DNA of 53,989 nt, the filler included, from Sphacelaria rigidula (lineage: Eukaryota): NCBI GenBank assembly GCA_964200075.2. It is 5 parts of 5 records of this genome, joined end to end, with 100 filler letters (N's around TTAATTAATTAA, not from the genome) between each part and the next. Parts side by side here need not be neighbours in the genome. Positions count along the whole stretch, not along the records: positions 1 to 10,720 come from CAXNAA020006030.1; positions 10,821 to 21,539 come from CAXNAA020006031.1; 3 more parts are not named here. One strand, written 5' to 3'. Positions 1-12,818 of the stretch are shown here, in pieces (position 1 is the stretch's first letter; every line of letters starts with the position of its first letter). The notes beneath the pieces are model-generated. The model worked only from the letters and a program-made list of their open reading frames with translations. It was not told where the DNA came from and ran no database searches. A program made the position numbers and the translations under genes.

Positions 1-3000
1 CCTGGCCCTGGGTCCTCCCCCCCGACTAGTGTTCCGAATGCTACTGGATGACGCAAAATTCAATGACTCACCATACGTCCAGCAAGGATGGAGCGACTCC
101 GACCCCTGCAGCCTGGGTATCATTAGAAGTACGCTTGCAAGCAGGACTCCAATACACCCTGCTTGTTGACGTCCCCTCCGGAAAATGACCTCATCTTGTC
201 ATCGTCATGTCTCTCTAGCCAGTAAGTAGCTCGGCTTTAGACACGGTGTCTGTCCATAGGGATCGTCAACCCCTGGAGGGTTCGAGACGTGACAGCTCAA
301 ACTCACTTTTGTCCTGATCACTGCCCCTGCTTGAAAACAACAATGGAAACAGGTCCACATAGTGCAGCAAAGCTTTAAGGAGACATCCCTGCGACTCAAG
401 GGAGCTATTCAGCGGTCGGGCGCTTCGGCCGGGGTAGGTACTGGCGGGCTGTTAAAGTACGTACTGCACCCGTCGGCTTACCTGAAGAGCCGAAGACTGC
501 CACCCCCCGTGTTCTGCGCGAGATTTTTCGACCAATCTCCAATGGATCACCCGGGTTTGTACGATGTGAGTTCCCCTCTTCGCTTTTTTTTTCCTTAGCT
601 TGTTGTTTTTTTCGGGGGAAAGGGGGGAAAGGGGGAAAGGGGGGAAATGGGACGGTTTCACTTCACAAAAAGGTCTCGAATTCTTGTGTTGGAGAATCAA
701 ATGAACAACACACGATGCTCTGGTTTCCGCATATATCTTGCCGTATCGTACCTCGTTCGCCTTAGCTATTTATATTAAAGAAAGATGATTGATACATGTG
801 TTTGGATTTTCTTCCTATCCGAGTTGCGCGCATTTCGTTCGGTGAGTGCGTTTGATTTGTTCGTTTGGTTGTATTCGTTCCTGTTCTGGAACGACCACGA
901 ACCAGGGCCATGTGTTGGTCCGATTTCTTGATACAACGTACATATATATAACTATATATATTCGAAATTCGTCTCCTCCAGACAAATAGCGCATCAGCTA
1001 TATTTTGGCCTCGCCGATGTAGTGCTCCGTACTGGCGCTGCGGCGGCGCAGCCGCTACGCGAGGGCGCAGCCCAACCCCATCTGAGGCGACGTCAAATCC
1101 TAGTTCATTTTTGTTTCCAAAGTCGAGCTGTTTTTTGACCGCCTAACGGCAACGTTCTGGGCGCAAGAAGTCAAACTGTTTGCCGAGAAACATGGAGTAA
1201 AAAAAAAAATCTAACAACTAGAAAAATACGTCCTGATCAGAGTCGTCTACTGCAGCATGTAGTTCATTTACCGCGAGTCGTGTAACGCTCCGCCCATGCG
1301 AATGACGTAACGATTGTGCGGTAGAGGGTGGTGAGAATAGGCGCAATGCGTCTCAGAAGACGCTGTATGGTTTTGACGGCACTCCACAATGCGGACGACA
1401 CTTTCTGCTGATTAGTACTACGATGCTGCGTAGGGGGCAGCTCGACAACACCTACAGGGAGAGACAACATGTACGTTTCCCCCCCTACCGCGGGTCTGAA
1501 GTTTTGCGATATCTTACCCTAGTCTATCATTGCAATGAGAAACATAGTAGGTATGGGGGTGTTGTTCATGCTTCTGGTCTCCCGCTAGGGGTTGCGCTCC
1601 AGCAGCAAGGCCGCGCAGGACACCCTTGAAGCTAGAAGATGGAAATCACGTGGAAAAAAATTGGAAAACGACCTATGGGGTACATAGTTGGTGGATAACG
1701 ACCTATGGCGTGCTTAGCAATTTGTCGGTATACGATATTGAAATATTGCAATGTGCTGACAGTGAACAGGTCGTATTGGTTCCGATTGTGGCCCTACTAC
1801 GAACACACAACAGGGGGGGGAGGCACACGGAACTGCAGGCACACTTTGGAGACAATGGTGTTTCGCACCAGTAACCGTCCGCTCCATTTGTGACAATGAT
1901 GCATGCAGACGACACGACAGAACACGTCGTTACCCATGACAAATGTTCGGTCTCGTACACTCCCATGTTCTACGTGAAAAGGTGTTGTACCAACGTTTGT
2001 GGTATTAGTCCTACGCTGGCAGATGGTCTACATATGTTTCTAGGCTACACATGCGGTTTTTATGTCCCGTCCCGTCGTATATATGTGGAATCCTCCATCT
2101 TTCGACGGTGGACTTGAGTGAAAATGTTCGTGCAATGGGGGAAACACGTCGATTGAAAGAATGAGGCTAAGTTAGACATATCACGGAAATATCAGGCCAT
2201 AATGTGAGGGCGAGACAGGTACGTGTACGATTCAGCGTTTTCTCGTTGCCCTGGAATACCTTATACGTATTAAAAGTGAACCCAGGTCCCATGGGGTACT
2301 TGGCAGTGTGATGACCCGTGAATACATGGTATCCGAGGGGTACAATACCCTAACCGTAACACTACTATTTATTTATAATGTATACGTCTTGAATGAAAAA
2401 ACAACTCGAAAATCAAACCAGGCCTCGCTCGTTTCAATTTTGATGTCGGCGATGGTAGTGGTTTTGTCACTTGACCTAGAAAGATGTCGAGAATAGCTGA
2501 TCTCCCCCGACCATGTATCACATTACTCGTCAATAAAAGCCAGTGCAAAACAAAATGGGCTTCCTATTGCTTCATTCTTGTCCATTTTGTACCCCACTGT
2601 GCACATCACAAATATACCTGCTTTCTTGTGTTGGTCTCTCTCCCCTCTTCCCACCCTGCATGCCACCATTGTTACCACGTGTGTTAACCTTGTCTTGCTC
2701 CACGATGAGGGTCATTCTGCTCGTCCACCCCAGTTACTTGGTCCTTTAAAGCCAGTGAGCGTTATTTACCCTCATTTTTTAAGTTCATTTTTCGATTTTC
2801 GGCGAACCAGTAGCCGCCTTCATACGATAAAGGGCTAGGCACGTTACGAGAGTAGTGAAACAAAGCGAAGTCATAATCCATATCACCATCTCGTGCCAGA
2901 GGGATTGGTGAGGTCACGGTACAATAGTGATGGTGTGGGAAAATGACACGTGGCGCGTATGCAGCAACGTCGATGGGCTGTGTACTGAACTAGACTAGCT

Positions 3001-4086
3001 GTCTATCTTCTCTTGTGAAGACAGAAACCTCCATTTTGAAATCTACAATAAATTTTGTAGTATTCGTATGGCCAAAAGCTTCACAGAGGAACAAAAACGA
3101 GGCCGTTGAGTATCACGAAAATAGAATACGGTGAACGATACATTGATCCAGCGTCCGTCCCCATCGCCCCTGAGCAACACAGGTCCAACAGATATCGTAG
3201 GTAGCAGGTGTGAACTTGAGACGAGAGTTTCTCATACCGAAGGACTGCGTCTATCTTTTAAGCATGCTGAGAACATGTGAATTTTACCTGCGAAGTGGGG
3301 CAGAAGCAGCAGAAAGTGACGGCATGGGATACAGACGAGTGGTCGCAGGTCCATATTGAGGATTTGGATGGTACGGCGAAGCTTTACAAAAAAACTTGGC
3401 GGGAGGGGCCTCCACCCTTGAAAACAATGAGCTCCACCTGATCAAATTAATACATACATCGACCTGCTTACGTGTACGATCTGTATGTCTTACGATTCAC
3501 GCCTTCCTCAAAATCTATCTGGTCTTGAAACGATGATGCTCACCTGTAAGTATGTCAATAATATCATGTATAAAGGGGTTTCGCATTTATAGACAATCGT
3601 ATTGGTACACACATACATTCACAACTTGTAGACAGGCGGCTGAAATATGTGAACCGAGCAGCCCGTCAGTCGAGGTAACCGAGGTAATCGATCATATGAG
3701 ACACGGCGGAATGAAAGCTGGGTGGTGGTAGAAGGTGACCTTGTACAAATGGGAACGCTCAGATTGGATACACGACGTGAATACTTGACCCAAGGAATCT
3801 ATCTGGCGGTTATGACAAGATATGCCGGGATGAAAAAGAGGGATGCTGCTACAGAATAACCTTGTCCCCCGCCACGGGGACGCTCGGGTGAAGAAGACGA
3901 CTTGTACATGAAATATATGAACCAAGTATTCAGTCCACCAAACTAATCAACCAGCCGACTCATTCAAATTCGATATATACATCGACGTGCTGCAGAAGTG
4001 GTGATCCTATCATGATCTTCACAATGAAGTGCGCAAGGCACGTGCCGAGGGAGAGATAGGTTAGTCATGTCAGACGAGTCTACCCA

Positions 4087-6535
4087 GGGGGGCGGGAGGG
4101 GGGAGGGGAGGGGTACTCATTCGTTGCTTACCTCGGTCGTTTGACCATTGACCACGAAGCCCCTTTCGGGACGGAGCACGGGTGCTACTCCTAACAGAGA
4201 CACCTCCAACATTCCGGCGCTCATTACATTCCTTGCATACATCACACAAATAACTTTCACGTATCTCATCCCCGTCCTGTTTCGCCGGCTGTGGCCACCA
4301 TCTATCTCCTAGTATGGCCATCATTTTATCGCTACTGTCTAATGCATCCAACAACTTCATGCCACCTTCGTCCACGTCCCGTATTTCCCCCTCTAGCACG
4401 CCCCGTTCCTCCTTGTATAGTTCACACTCTTCCGCTCTATAAGTTCTGCTCTCTATTGCTTCACCACAGGGGCAATTCTGTATATCTACTTTCTCCTCCT
4501 CTCGACTACTGGTATATCTCTTTCATCTTTCTGGCAGGTCCAGGTCCCCCACCCGGAATCGCAGTTTCAATTTTTTCGCAGCGTCCATTAGGCCATGCAG
4601 ATATGTTTTCATCCCTATTCCCTCTCTCAATCCCCCGTATATCTTCAGGTGTTCTTCTTCGTGCCTACTTTGCGTCTGAGCGCTCCTTTCTCCCTTACTT
4701 CTATCATGTCTCTTACTTTTGTCTTATACCTCGCGCTTTCACCTATGGACAGTTTTTCGTCTTGGTTTCCTCCCATCTTTTTCCATACTTTCTCGACTTT
4801 CGTATCCCATTTTATTCCCGCCTGCCCTTTGTAATTTTATTCCATACAGCCCTATGAACTATAGCGGGCAATCTCTTTCTTTGCATGTTCTTTACGCTAT
4901 ATTGCCATCGCAATCTCCTCATGTCCCTGTTTGTTTTAAGTGAGTACATTCCCAACTCTGCTCTCAGTGCTGTATTACTCGTCGTTTTCGAGTATCCGAG
5001 TATTTTTTTACCTGCTGCCATCTGTACTGTCTCCAACTTCTTCACCAACTTCACGTTCCCCTCCCATACTTCTCCTGCATATTCCAGCTTTGGTATATCA
5101 TGTTCATCAGGATACATCTCTTATTCCTAGTGTCTAAATGCGAGTCTCTGAGGATCACGTCCACCCTGCCTATCTGTGCCACCCTTTTCTATTACTGTTT
5201 TAGGTGTGCATCCCAAAAAACAGTTTTTTGAGATCTCTATACCAAGGTATGTATACTGGTCTGCAATCAGTAGTCCCTCTTCTCCCCACTTCCATTCGAA
5301 CTCTACCGGATTTTTCTTATCGTCGTTGCAGACGAGTACCGCGCAATTGTTGACGGTCGCTGTCACTCTCCATTCCCTAGTGTATTCTCGCGCCTTCTCT
5401 ATGTGTTTCTGCAGATCTTCAGCTGTTTCTGAAATCCTACAAAATCATCCGCGAACATTGAACCGGATACCATATCTGTACCCACCTTGACCCCTTGCTT
5501 TGCTGCTTCTATTAATTTCAGATCATTAATAAATACCTTGAACAAAGTGGATGATGACGTACATACCTCTGCAACTCCGTGTAAGATATCAAACAATTTC
5601 GATATTTCCCCGTCTAGCATCATCGCACCTCTGGCACATTTTGTCATCTCCTTCACCATTCTCCACATCTTTCCTCTGATCTCAGTTTCCCACATCTTTT
5701 TCCACAGCCCATTTCCCCATACTGTCATGAGCCTTTTGTACATCTAAAACGAAACAGTACGCTGTCAGCCCGACGTTTTTCCTACCTTGAACAGTCTTAT
5801 GTAGTGTGTACACATGGTCTACGCAACTACGGTTTGGTCTAAAACCTGCTTGCCCCTCGCTGATCTTCTTCCTTCCTTTTCTAGCATCGCTCCTACTCTA
5901 TCGTTCAGAATCTTACAGAAAGTTTCCCCTACGGTGCTCAGTAGCGTCATCCCTCTAAAATTTCCTGGGTCGGCCTTGTCTCCTTTGAAACGGTTGAGTA
6001 CTACTTCTCTCGACGTCTTGGGGTGTGTACTCGTTTTTCTAGATCAAGTTATACAGCATAACCATCATGGTAAACATTCCTTCCCCCCTGTACTTCAGAA
6101 ATTCATTCACTCTTTCGTCTGCCCCAGCTGCATTTCTGTGCTTGAATTTATCTGCGTACTCCTTTACTTTATCTCTGGTAAACTCTCTCTGCAATTCCTT
6201 GGAGCCACAACCCTCGAGTTTTGACGCCTCTACATTTGCCTGTGCCCACGCGTTGGTTTCTTCTTCGAATTCCGTGTCGAACTTAGTGTTAGTTTCTGGT
6301 GTTGCTAGTTTACGGTAGTGCTCGACTGACACTTGTCTCTTCCCCTTCGAATTACCGACCATTTTACCGTTCCATTTTACCGTTCTATACCCGTAGTATG
6401 GCGATTCCGCTGTCCATCTCTCCTGCTCGGTTTCCCATAATCCCCGTCATCCCTCCCCTTTTTTGTTTCATTCCGCCATCGGAATCTTCATTTGTTTTTT
6501 TCACTACATCTTCCCATACTCCCTTCTTCTCTACC
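4087..6535 (-). mobile_element. 5'-truncated, degenerate non-LTR retrotransposon (LINE): ORF2 reverse transcriptase and C-terminus
   Basis: Broken minus-strand ORFs give RT motifs in the expected order: NAAGADE (KAPGPD-like), NFRGMTLLSTVG, GLWKKMWETEIRGKMWRMV, SGSMFADDFVG (YADD-like catalytic motif), YTYLGIEI, LEYAGEVW...ALRAELGM, and a degenerate zinc knuckle CPCGEAIESRTY..EC. Multiple stops and frameshifts. Ends in a C-rich tail. Confidence 0.92.
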
Positions 6536-6620
6536 GGGGAGGGGGGGGAGGCGTACTCGTTTGTTGCTTGCCTTGGTCGATTGATCATTGACCATGCATT
6601 CCTTTCGAGACGGAGCACAG
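6536..6620 (-). mobile_element. Short 3'-tail fragment of the same LINE family
   Basis: G-run followed by gtactcgtttgttgcttgccttggtcgattgatcattgaccatgcattcctttcgagacggagcac, matching about 4113-4180. Confidence 0.85.
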
Positions 6621-7704
6621 TTACCATTAGACACGCACGCAGATTCGAATACATCGCACACATCGGTCGTAATCTAGCGGTCCATATCAACCGGCCGACC
6701 AATACATGCGACAGGAATACATGCAACAGGAGCAAAGCCGGACTGAAGATTGGGGAAAGGACCCAGAGGGTGAGGAGCTGCGTGAAGAGCTGGCCGAAAA
6801 ACTTCGCTCCGCGATGAACAAGCACGCCCAACACGCTGGCCACGGCAAGCGAAAGAAACGCTCCGGTAAATGCACCAATGAAGGAGAAACACTCGGAGTG
6901 ACGTAGTGTTCGATATCAGTGTTGATATCTCGGAAGATTTTCACTCTCTTCACTGTCGGTAGCGAACTAAGCAAGACGAACACGATCGGAGCAATCTATG
7001 ATGGAACATTAAAAGACTATAATTTGGTCCACCCCTGAAAATATGATCGGGGTCGAATGAACACGCCGCTGTCTGCTCAAGTCGGATGCGTCGCCGAGAT
7101 AATCAGTGAGCTGTGTCGTCGAAAAGGCAGACAGTATGGATTTCGTGCGACGAACTTGTTGGATTGTTTTTACTCATGAAGTTGCCCCGGAATCGTTTCG
7201 AAGTACATACCCAAACATATTTTTCTTGCTTTTGTCAGCGATGAAATGTAGGTTGAAAAACCTCTTCGTTCTGTCGCCCGGATTCGTCGAGTGATCGTTC
7301 GACCCTTACTTACGGCAGCAGCGTTTGCCGCATTCTGTTTGACGACGACAGGAGAGGGGACGAGCAGCGGATCGAACCGAAAACCGATAGGGATGACAAA
7401 AAAGTGCGACTCACTGTGCGACCTAATACCATATTTCATCATGTAGCGGTCGCGCACAGGCTAGTGATAACTCAACTCATTTAGCAAAGTTACGTTCCTG
7501 GAAGCACAACAAGCAGCATCTGAGGACTGCTCTTGAGGTCGTTATAAAAGAAGGGAACCCCCCCCTTCATATATACATGGTGAGTGGAAGTTTCCCAAGA
7601 AAAGATGTGAAGTGGCCATATTCCCATCGTCTTTACAGTAAGATGAAGAAGAAATCCGCGCCGGTTAGACCGCCCCGCACCTTGACTGTGGAAAGTTGCA
7701 CATT

Positions 7705-8138
7705 TAACACGGGATTTTACAAATTGGGGATGGATATTTTATTAGAGATGAAATCCCGGAGGATTCAAGTCTTCGTATTCACACCAAATCTTCGAAGTAT
7801 GCTTCCATTTCTTCACTTGCTGGTAGCTATTAAAAAATTAGGCTCACCTTACAAATTTGGATTTTGATAACCGAAATGTCGGGGTCCTAGGTCAAAAAAT
7901 AATTTTGGGAGATTCTAGGTGTCCGATCGGACGCCAAAATTGGTTTTTCAGCTAGGACCTCAATATTCCGGTTATCGAAATCCAAATTTGTATGCGCGTG
8001 TAGTAGTTGTCAATAGCTACCAGCAAGTAAAGAAGTCGGAGCTTATTTCGAAGGTTTGTTGTGGATTCGAAGATTTCAATTCGTCGGGTTTTCATCCCCA
8101 ATAAAATATCTATCCCCGATTTGTAAAATCCCGTGTTA
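7705..8138. mobile_element. Foldback MITE with ~200-bp inverted arms and TA flanks
   Basis: Left end taacacgggattttacaaattggggatggatattttatt is the near-perfect reverse complement of the right end aataaaatatctatccccgatttgtaaaatcccgtgtta. Complementarity continues inward to about 7908/7935. No ORF. Confidence 0.88.
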
Positions 8139-9464
8139 TTTGGGAATTTCTGTATACTTTAAGGGAGATAACTGCCTACAATAGTTCAGATCTCGGTCGC
8201 CACGGCTTCCGATGGAAACCCGGTTGGCTACTAGAAACGGGGAATCTGGCGAGTTCCTTTGGAGGATTTTTATAGGAATGCCTCAAACAGTTACCATCTC
8301 CTGCGCACCACCCACGCATGCATAGCTTTGATGTCGGCGTACCTGCTCCGCACTCTCGGGTAGTTTTGAAACTCCCCACACCCCCACCGCTCTTCCACCC
8401 GCATCCATCGATATGTGATTGCACCTGTTCAAATTGCAGATGCCATCAACTCGCCGGCGACCGGGGCCAGCCATTCGGGGAAAAAAAAGCGCAAGAACAA
8501 GAAACGCAAGGGGACATAGATGGGAGTCGAGCACCTCTTCACGAGGCTTTCCACTTGCCAAGCTTTGCTTTTAGACGCACTAATTTCCCTAAAGTGATTT
8601 GAGATATGAGTCATTTGAGATTGTCACTCTCGCCGCCCGGGTCGAAGATGATGGGCATGTGAGATTTTTCCTTTTGCCATCCAGCTCAAATATAATTATG
8701 AGAAAGCTTTCCTTGCACGTGTAGGGGATTGAAAACTAGCCGTCTTGGCTTGACACATAGTCTCACTTGAGAAAAAATAGTACGCTTATCCAACAACGCG
8801 TGAAGGATGCGTTGCGCATGGAATACAGATGGCAACTCACCGCGTGGGAACCGCACTATTTGGGCAGGAAATCTCACGCACGAGCTCTGCAGAATGGAGA
8901 CACCAATACTTGTTGATGTTGTTGCTGTTGTTGCTGTTGCCGTTTTTGTTTTTCACGTCAACCCTTTTTTAAAAAATCTGGCGCCCATGGTCGCAAAGCC
9001 ATAGTACGTAAAAATAGAATACAGTACAAGGAAAAAATAATACGCTCGCAAACTGGAGTACACGGCACCCCGAAGAGCGTGATTCTACACACGTCAGCCG
9101 AAAGATAAGACACATGAAAAATGCGTACATCGTCTCGTCTCGAAAGAACGAACTAAAAGTGAGAAGAAAAAAAATGTAGGCAATGTCGTACGTGGGCCAC
9201 AGGAGACCAACAAGGCCACAGCAGCAAAATCACATCGTTCTGCATACCGAATAAGTCGGGATAGGGCAAGGCAAGGCATGATGAGACGATGCGACAAGGG
9301 CGAAAGACTGAAAGAACAAAAAAACGAGCCTGCAGAAAAGGAAACGTGACGAGAAAACGGGCCAGAAGAGGATAGAACAGAGGATCCTGAAAAATGGGAA
9401 AGGGCTTTTTTCACGGGAACGAAAAAGAAAACGGGGGGCTCAAAATCAATCGAAAAGATTCCTC

Positions 9465-9558
9465 ACCCCTCCCCCTTCGTCTCAAAAGGGATGCGTGGTC
9501 AATGGTCAAACGACGAAGACAAGCAACAAATGTGTACGCCCCCCCCCTCCCCCCCTCT
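9465..9558 (+). mobile_element. Short 3'-tail fragment of the LINE family, with C-runs on both sides
   Basis: cgtctcaaaagggatgcgtggtcaatggtcaaacgacgaagacaagcaacaaatgtgtacg followed by a C-run; matches the reverse complement of about 4113-4175. Confidence 0.85.
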
Positions 9559-10720
9559 CGCCGGCGTCGGTTTTTTTTTCCTCGACCTAAGTTTTTTCCC
9601 AGCCGTCCTTTTTTTACTTCCCCCTCACCCGGTCGCTCTCTGCCTTTTACGGTACTCGGGTCGCGCGAAACAATTTACATAGCCAACCTTTTCGGGGGTT
9701 TTGTACTGTCCTGTTCTGAATGCCTTCGAAGGTACTTTCGAGGTAAAGAACTGTCCACGCGATGAAGGGGCAGTGCGGGTCGACGATTAAGGCATTGAGC
9801 ATCATCATTAGTTGCCCATGGGTGCTCAGCGTTGTCGTCGGAGCGAGGGTAACCATCGTCGCGCCGGTACTATCACATATTACTGGCTGCCAGCAAAGCG
9901 GTGCGCACAATGAGATGGGTACCGAGAGCTAAACAACTTGTTACCATGAGGATCATACGAGCTGCGCCAGCCCGGGAGTACACCTGTAGGTTGCAGGCCC
10001 ATTCTCACCTCGATCTTGAGAGTTGGGACATTAAGATTTGATGTGGAGAACCAACAGGGCAGAGTGAAGCAAGACATCTGGGGCGTTGAGACGTTTTTTT
10101 CGCATGATAAACCATATTCATGAAATTAGGAACAGATTTTTTCCCTCAGAAAGGAAGGTTCTTCGTGACTTACAAGATGGCCAAGTCGTCCGAAACAGCC
10201 GTCACCCCCCTGAAAGACCGTGACCTAACGGGAATTCTGGCCCCAAGATATTGAAAATCGACGTGTTCAGTACAGAGTTATGAGAGAAGATGTGCTGTCG
10301 AAAACAGGGAAGAACGTTTTGCACATCTTCACGGTCAGGACGAGAAAATGAAATCGATTCAACTCATATTCATCATTTCAACCAATACATCATTTTACTC
10401 GTACATCATTTGTAATTCATACAGCTTCTCAGCTCGTGCGTGGTGCAGTATAACCCGATGTTACCCGCTTCCTACCTTCCATGAATACCGGTGTAAATAG
10501 TGGGCACATGGTCAACCCTGCACTGCGAATTTGAATGCATCGATTGTACATGTCACGCACTTCCTACCATCATGAGTCGGGAACGTCATGTACAACTTGC
10601 TCGATCAAGTCGTTCGAGGTGAGCGCCCGTACATTTTGCCGACCTTCGGGCTAATGCGGGACCAACAAGCTGTACAGGTTGAATCTTCACTTCCGATGGG
10701 CCATGAACCACGCGTGCTTT

Positions 10721-10820
10721 NNNNNNNNNNNNNNNNNNNNNNNNNNNNNNNNNNNNNNNNNNNNTTAATTAATTAANNNNNNNNNNNNNNNNNNNNNNNN
10801 NNNNNNNNNNNNNNNNNNNN
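10721..10820. other. Artificial contig-joining spacer (N44-TTAATTAATTAA-N44)
   Basis: Exactly 100 nt with a six-frame-stop linker at its centre; identical to the other three spacers. Confidence 0.98.
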
Positions 10821-10920
10821 CAATGAGTTGCTTTATTTTATGGTGTTGCCACTCCCAGAGACAGCCACGGCTTCTACACTGCCTCATGGGTGTCTTACGA
10901 AGGGGGTGGGTGGGGGGGGA
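10821..10920 (-). mobile_element. Internal fragment of the SINE-like family at the contig edge
   Basis: caatgagttgctttattttatggtgttgccactcccagagacagccacggcttctacactgcctcatgggtgtc matches about 25157-25230 and 25624-25695; followed by a G-run. Confidence 0.8.
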
Positions 10921-10996
10921 AGGTGATGCAGAAAACCTGAGTTGTTACCGGAAAAATCCCGAAGTATAGTTTTGTGGACGTGCGAAACAAACGTGC

Positions 10997-11155
10997 CTGG
11001 TGAAGGTCAGCCTGCGGTTGTACCAGGAGAACGGCTCGGGGAATTTCTCGAGGAAGAAGAAGCGAAACGCCGGATGAAAGTTTTTCTCGATCTCCGCAAA
11101 GGCCGCTCGCTTGTCTACCGCATCCTTGAGCTTCTTGCGGCACTCCGGGTGCTTC
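10997..11155 (-). CDS. ATM: ATM/Tel1 PIKK kinase-domain exon (downstream of the two seen)
   Basis: After acceptor gcag| it reads (W)KHPECRKKLKDAVDKRAAFAEIEKNFHPAFRFFFLEKFPEPFSWYNRRLTFT(R), matching ATM ..[30 protein letters not shown]. 159 nt, phase-compatible with the 12329-12534 exon (split TG|G). Not represented in the ORF track. Probable donor AG|gcacgt. Confidence 0.9.
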
Positions 11156-11999
11156 CTGCCTCACCGTGCCACCATATGAGATTTCCATCACGGGAGAGAA
11201 GAAGGAAGAAGAGGAGGAGGAGGAGGAAGAGGAAAAGGGGGAAATGACAGAGTGTAATGGGGAATTGCCCACCATTTTTTTTCCCGAACTACATACAATG
11301 TGTTTATCTCTCGATCCGATTCGGAGCATTTCACACGTCTTCCCAACGCAACCGGCAAGAGATATTTCTGTTAGCCACAACCTTCATTTACGATGATAAC
11401 TGAGGGGAGGGGGAAGGGGGCATTCCGTGACCGTCGGATCAGAACGACAGTTGCCGACGAATCTGCAAGAGCATCACCTGTCCAACCGTGCGCAGGGTAT
11501 CCAATTTGCTGGGATATATTTCGTAAGGCGGGGGAGAGACGAGGGGAAAATAACGCAGAAAGGCGGATCACGGGAAGAAATAGTCTTGCTTGCTGCTTTG
11601 AGTCTGCCTACTGAATCGTGCTAGATAGATTTCTCTTTCCCATTTCGGGTGAGAAGCACACATCAACGTAAGCCAACACAAACAATGTTTTCGTGAGACT
11701 GACAGTCTTGCGTTCATTGAGAGTGAGTTTTATTATCCCCTCTCACTTAACCAGTTTTCGATTTCGTGGGTGCTTTTCTTTACTTGCCTGTAACTCTGTC
11801 GTGTGCTTACAGCTACCCGTCGATATCCTACTCGGGGATATCAAAGGCTCCAGCGGCAACCTACTACAGAAAGCGTATATATAAGGCCCGAAGGGACATT
11901 TCAGAGCTGAACCTGTCAAGTTCATGTGTTCACAGCAAAAAAATACACAGTAAGTCAGTCGTTTACGCAAGCGGTGCGTGCTTTTGCAGGCCCAACTTT

Positions 12000-12048
12000 C
12001 ACTAACTACACTAACTACACTAACTACACTAACTACACTAACTGCACT
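12000..12048 (+). repeat. 9-bp tandem repeat (CACTAACTA) x~5 in an ATM intron
   Basis: Directly visible. Confidence 0.9.
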
Positions 12049-12328
12049 TCAGAAACGAGCAAAACCAACAAGGCCCCAATACAACGCTTTCACGCCCCAG
12101 CGCTACACCACTACGACCTCTACTCTACACTGGCGTCGGGTTCTCTGCGACATGTTCCCGGTTTAATTCAACGCGCGCATGCTGCTACTGTCTGTAAACA
12201 CGTTGCACCGTACCCCTCTGCCTCCAGAGCATGCTCTCCTACCACTCATCAATGACTCGTTCTAATCCTGAAACAACAACACATTGCACACACGCAAACT
12301 ATTTTCACCCTACATACATACACCTCAC

Positions 12329-12534
12329 CAGTCTCTGGGAAAGTATCTCTGGTGAGCCCCGGCCTTCCCCGCCCCGCGATCTGTCAAAAACGAGCCCAAG
12401 GGCATGGTATCCTCCACCCACTCCAACACCCCCGAGTCGGGAGATAGCGGGATGATGTTATACGTGAATACTCGGAGCCGTCGTTTCCGTGCCGCCGGGT
12501 CCTCCCTCAAAAACGAATTCACAGTAGCGAACAC
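12329..12534 (-). CDS. ATM: ATM/Tel1 PIKK kinase-domain exon
   Basis: ctag|VFATVNSFLREDPAARKRRLRVFTYNIIPLSPDSGVLEWVEDTMPLGSFLTDRGAGKAGAHQRYFPRD(W)|gtgagg matches ATM ..[32 protein letters not shown]. Canonical AG/GT boundaries. Confidence 0.92.
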
Positions 12535-12818
12535 CTAGTGGCGACGGCGGAATACCCACGATTGCAAGGGTGTGTTGGGTAGGTAGGGTAAATACCCGGG
12601 CATTTTCCCTCTCGGATTTTGTCTTGCGATGGTCCGAATTCTCACCTATAATACCCAAATAAATTGCTCTGCTTCGCATCGCGCTTCCAATTTTCCCATC
12701 CTTTCTTAGATTGGAATGGAATGGAAAAGGGACAGAACAGACAGACGCCCTCACAGTGTTGCTCTATTTTCGATACTGTAATATGGAAGCTTTGTCCACG
12801 GTGAGGTGTACGTTCTGC

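Noticed and set aside
6640..7200. Plus-strand charged ORF (6706-6906) and downstream Cys-containing fragments as a transposase
   Set aside because: Protein-like, but no catalytic motif or TIR could be identified by eye.
10765..10776. TTAATTAATTAA as a biological motif (and ORFs ending ..XXLIN)
   Set aside because: Artificial six-frame-stop linker centred in N padding.
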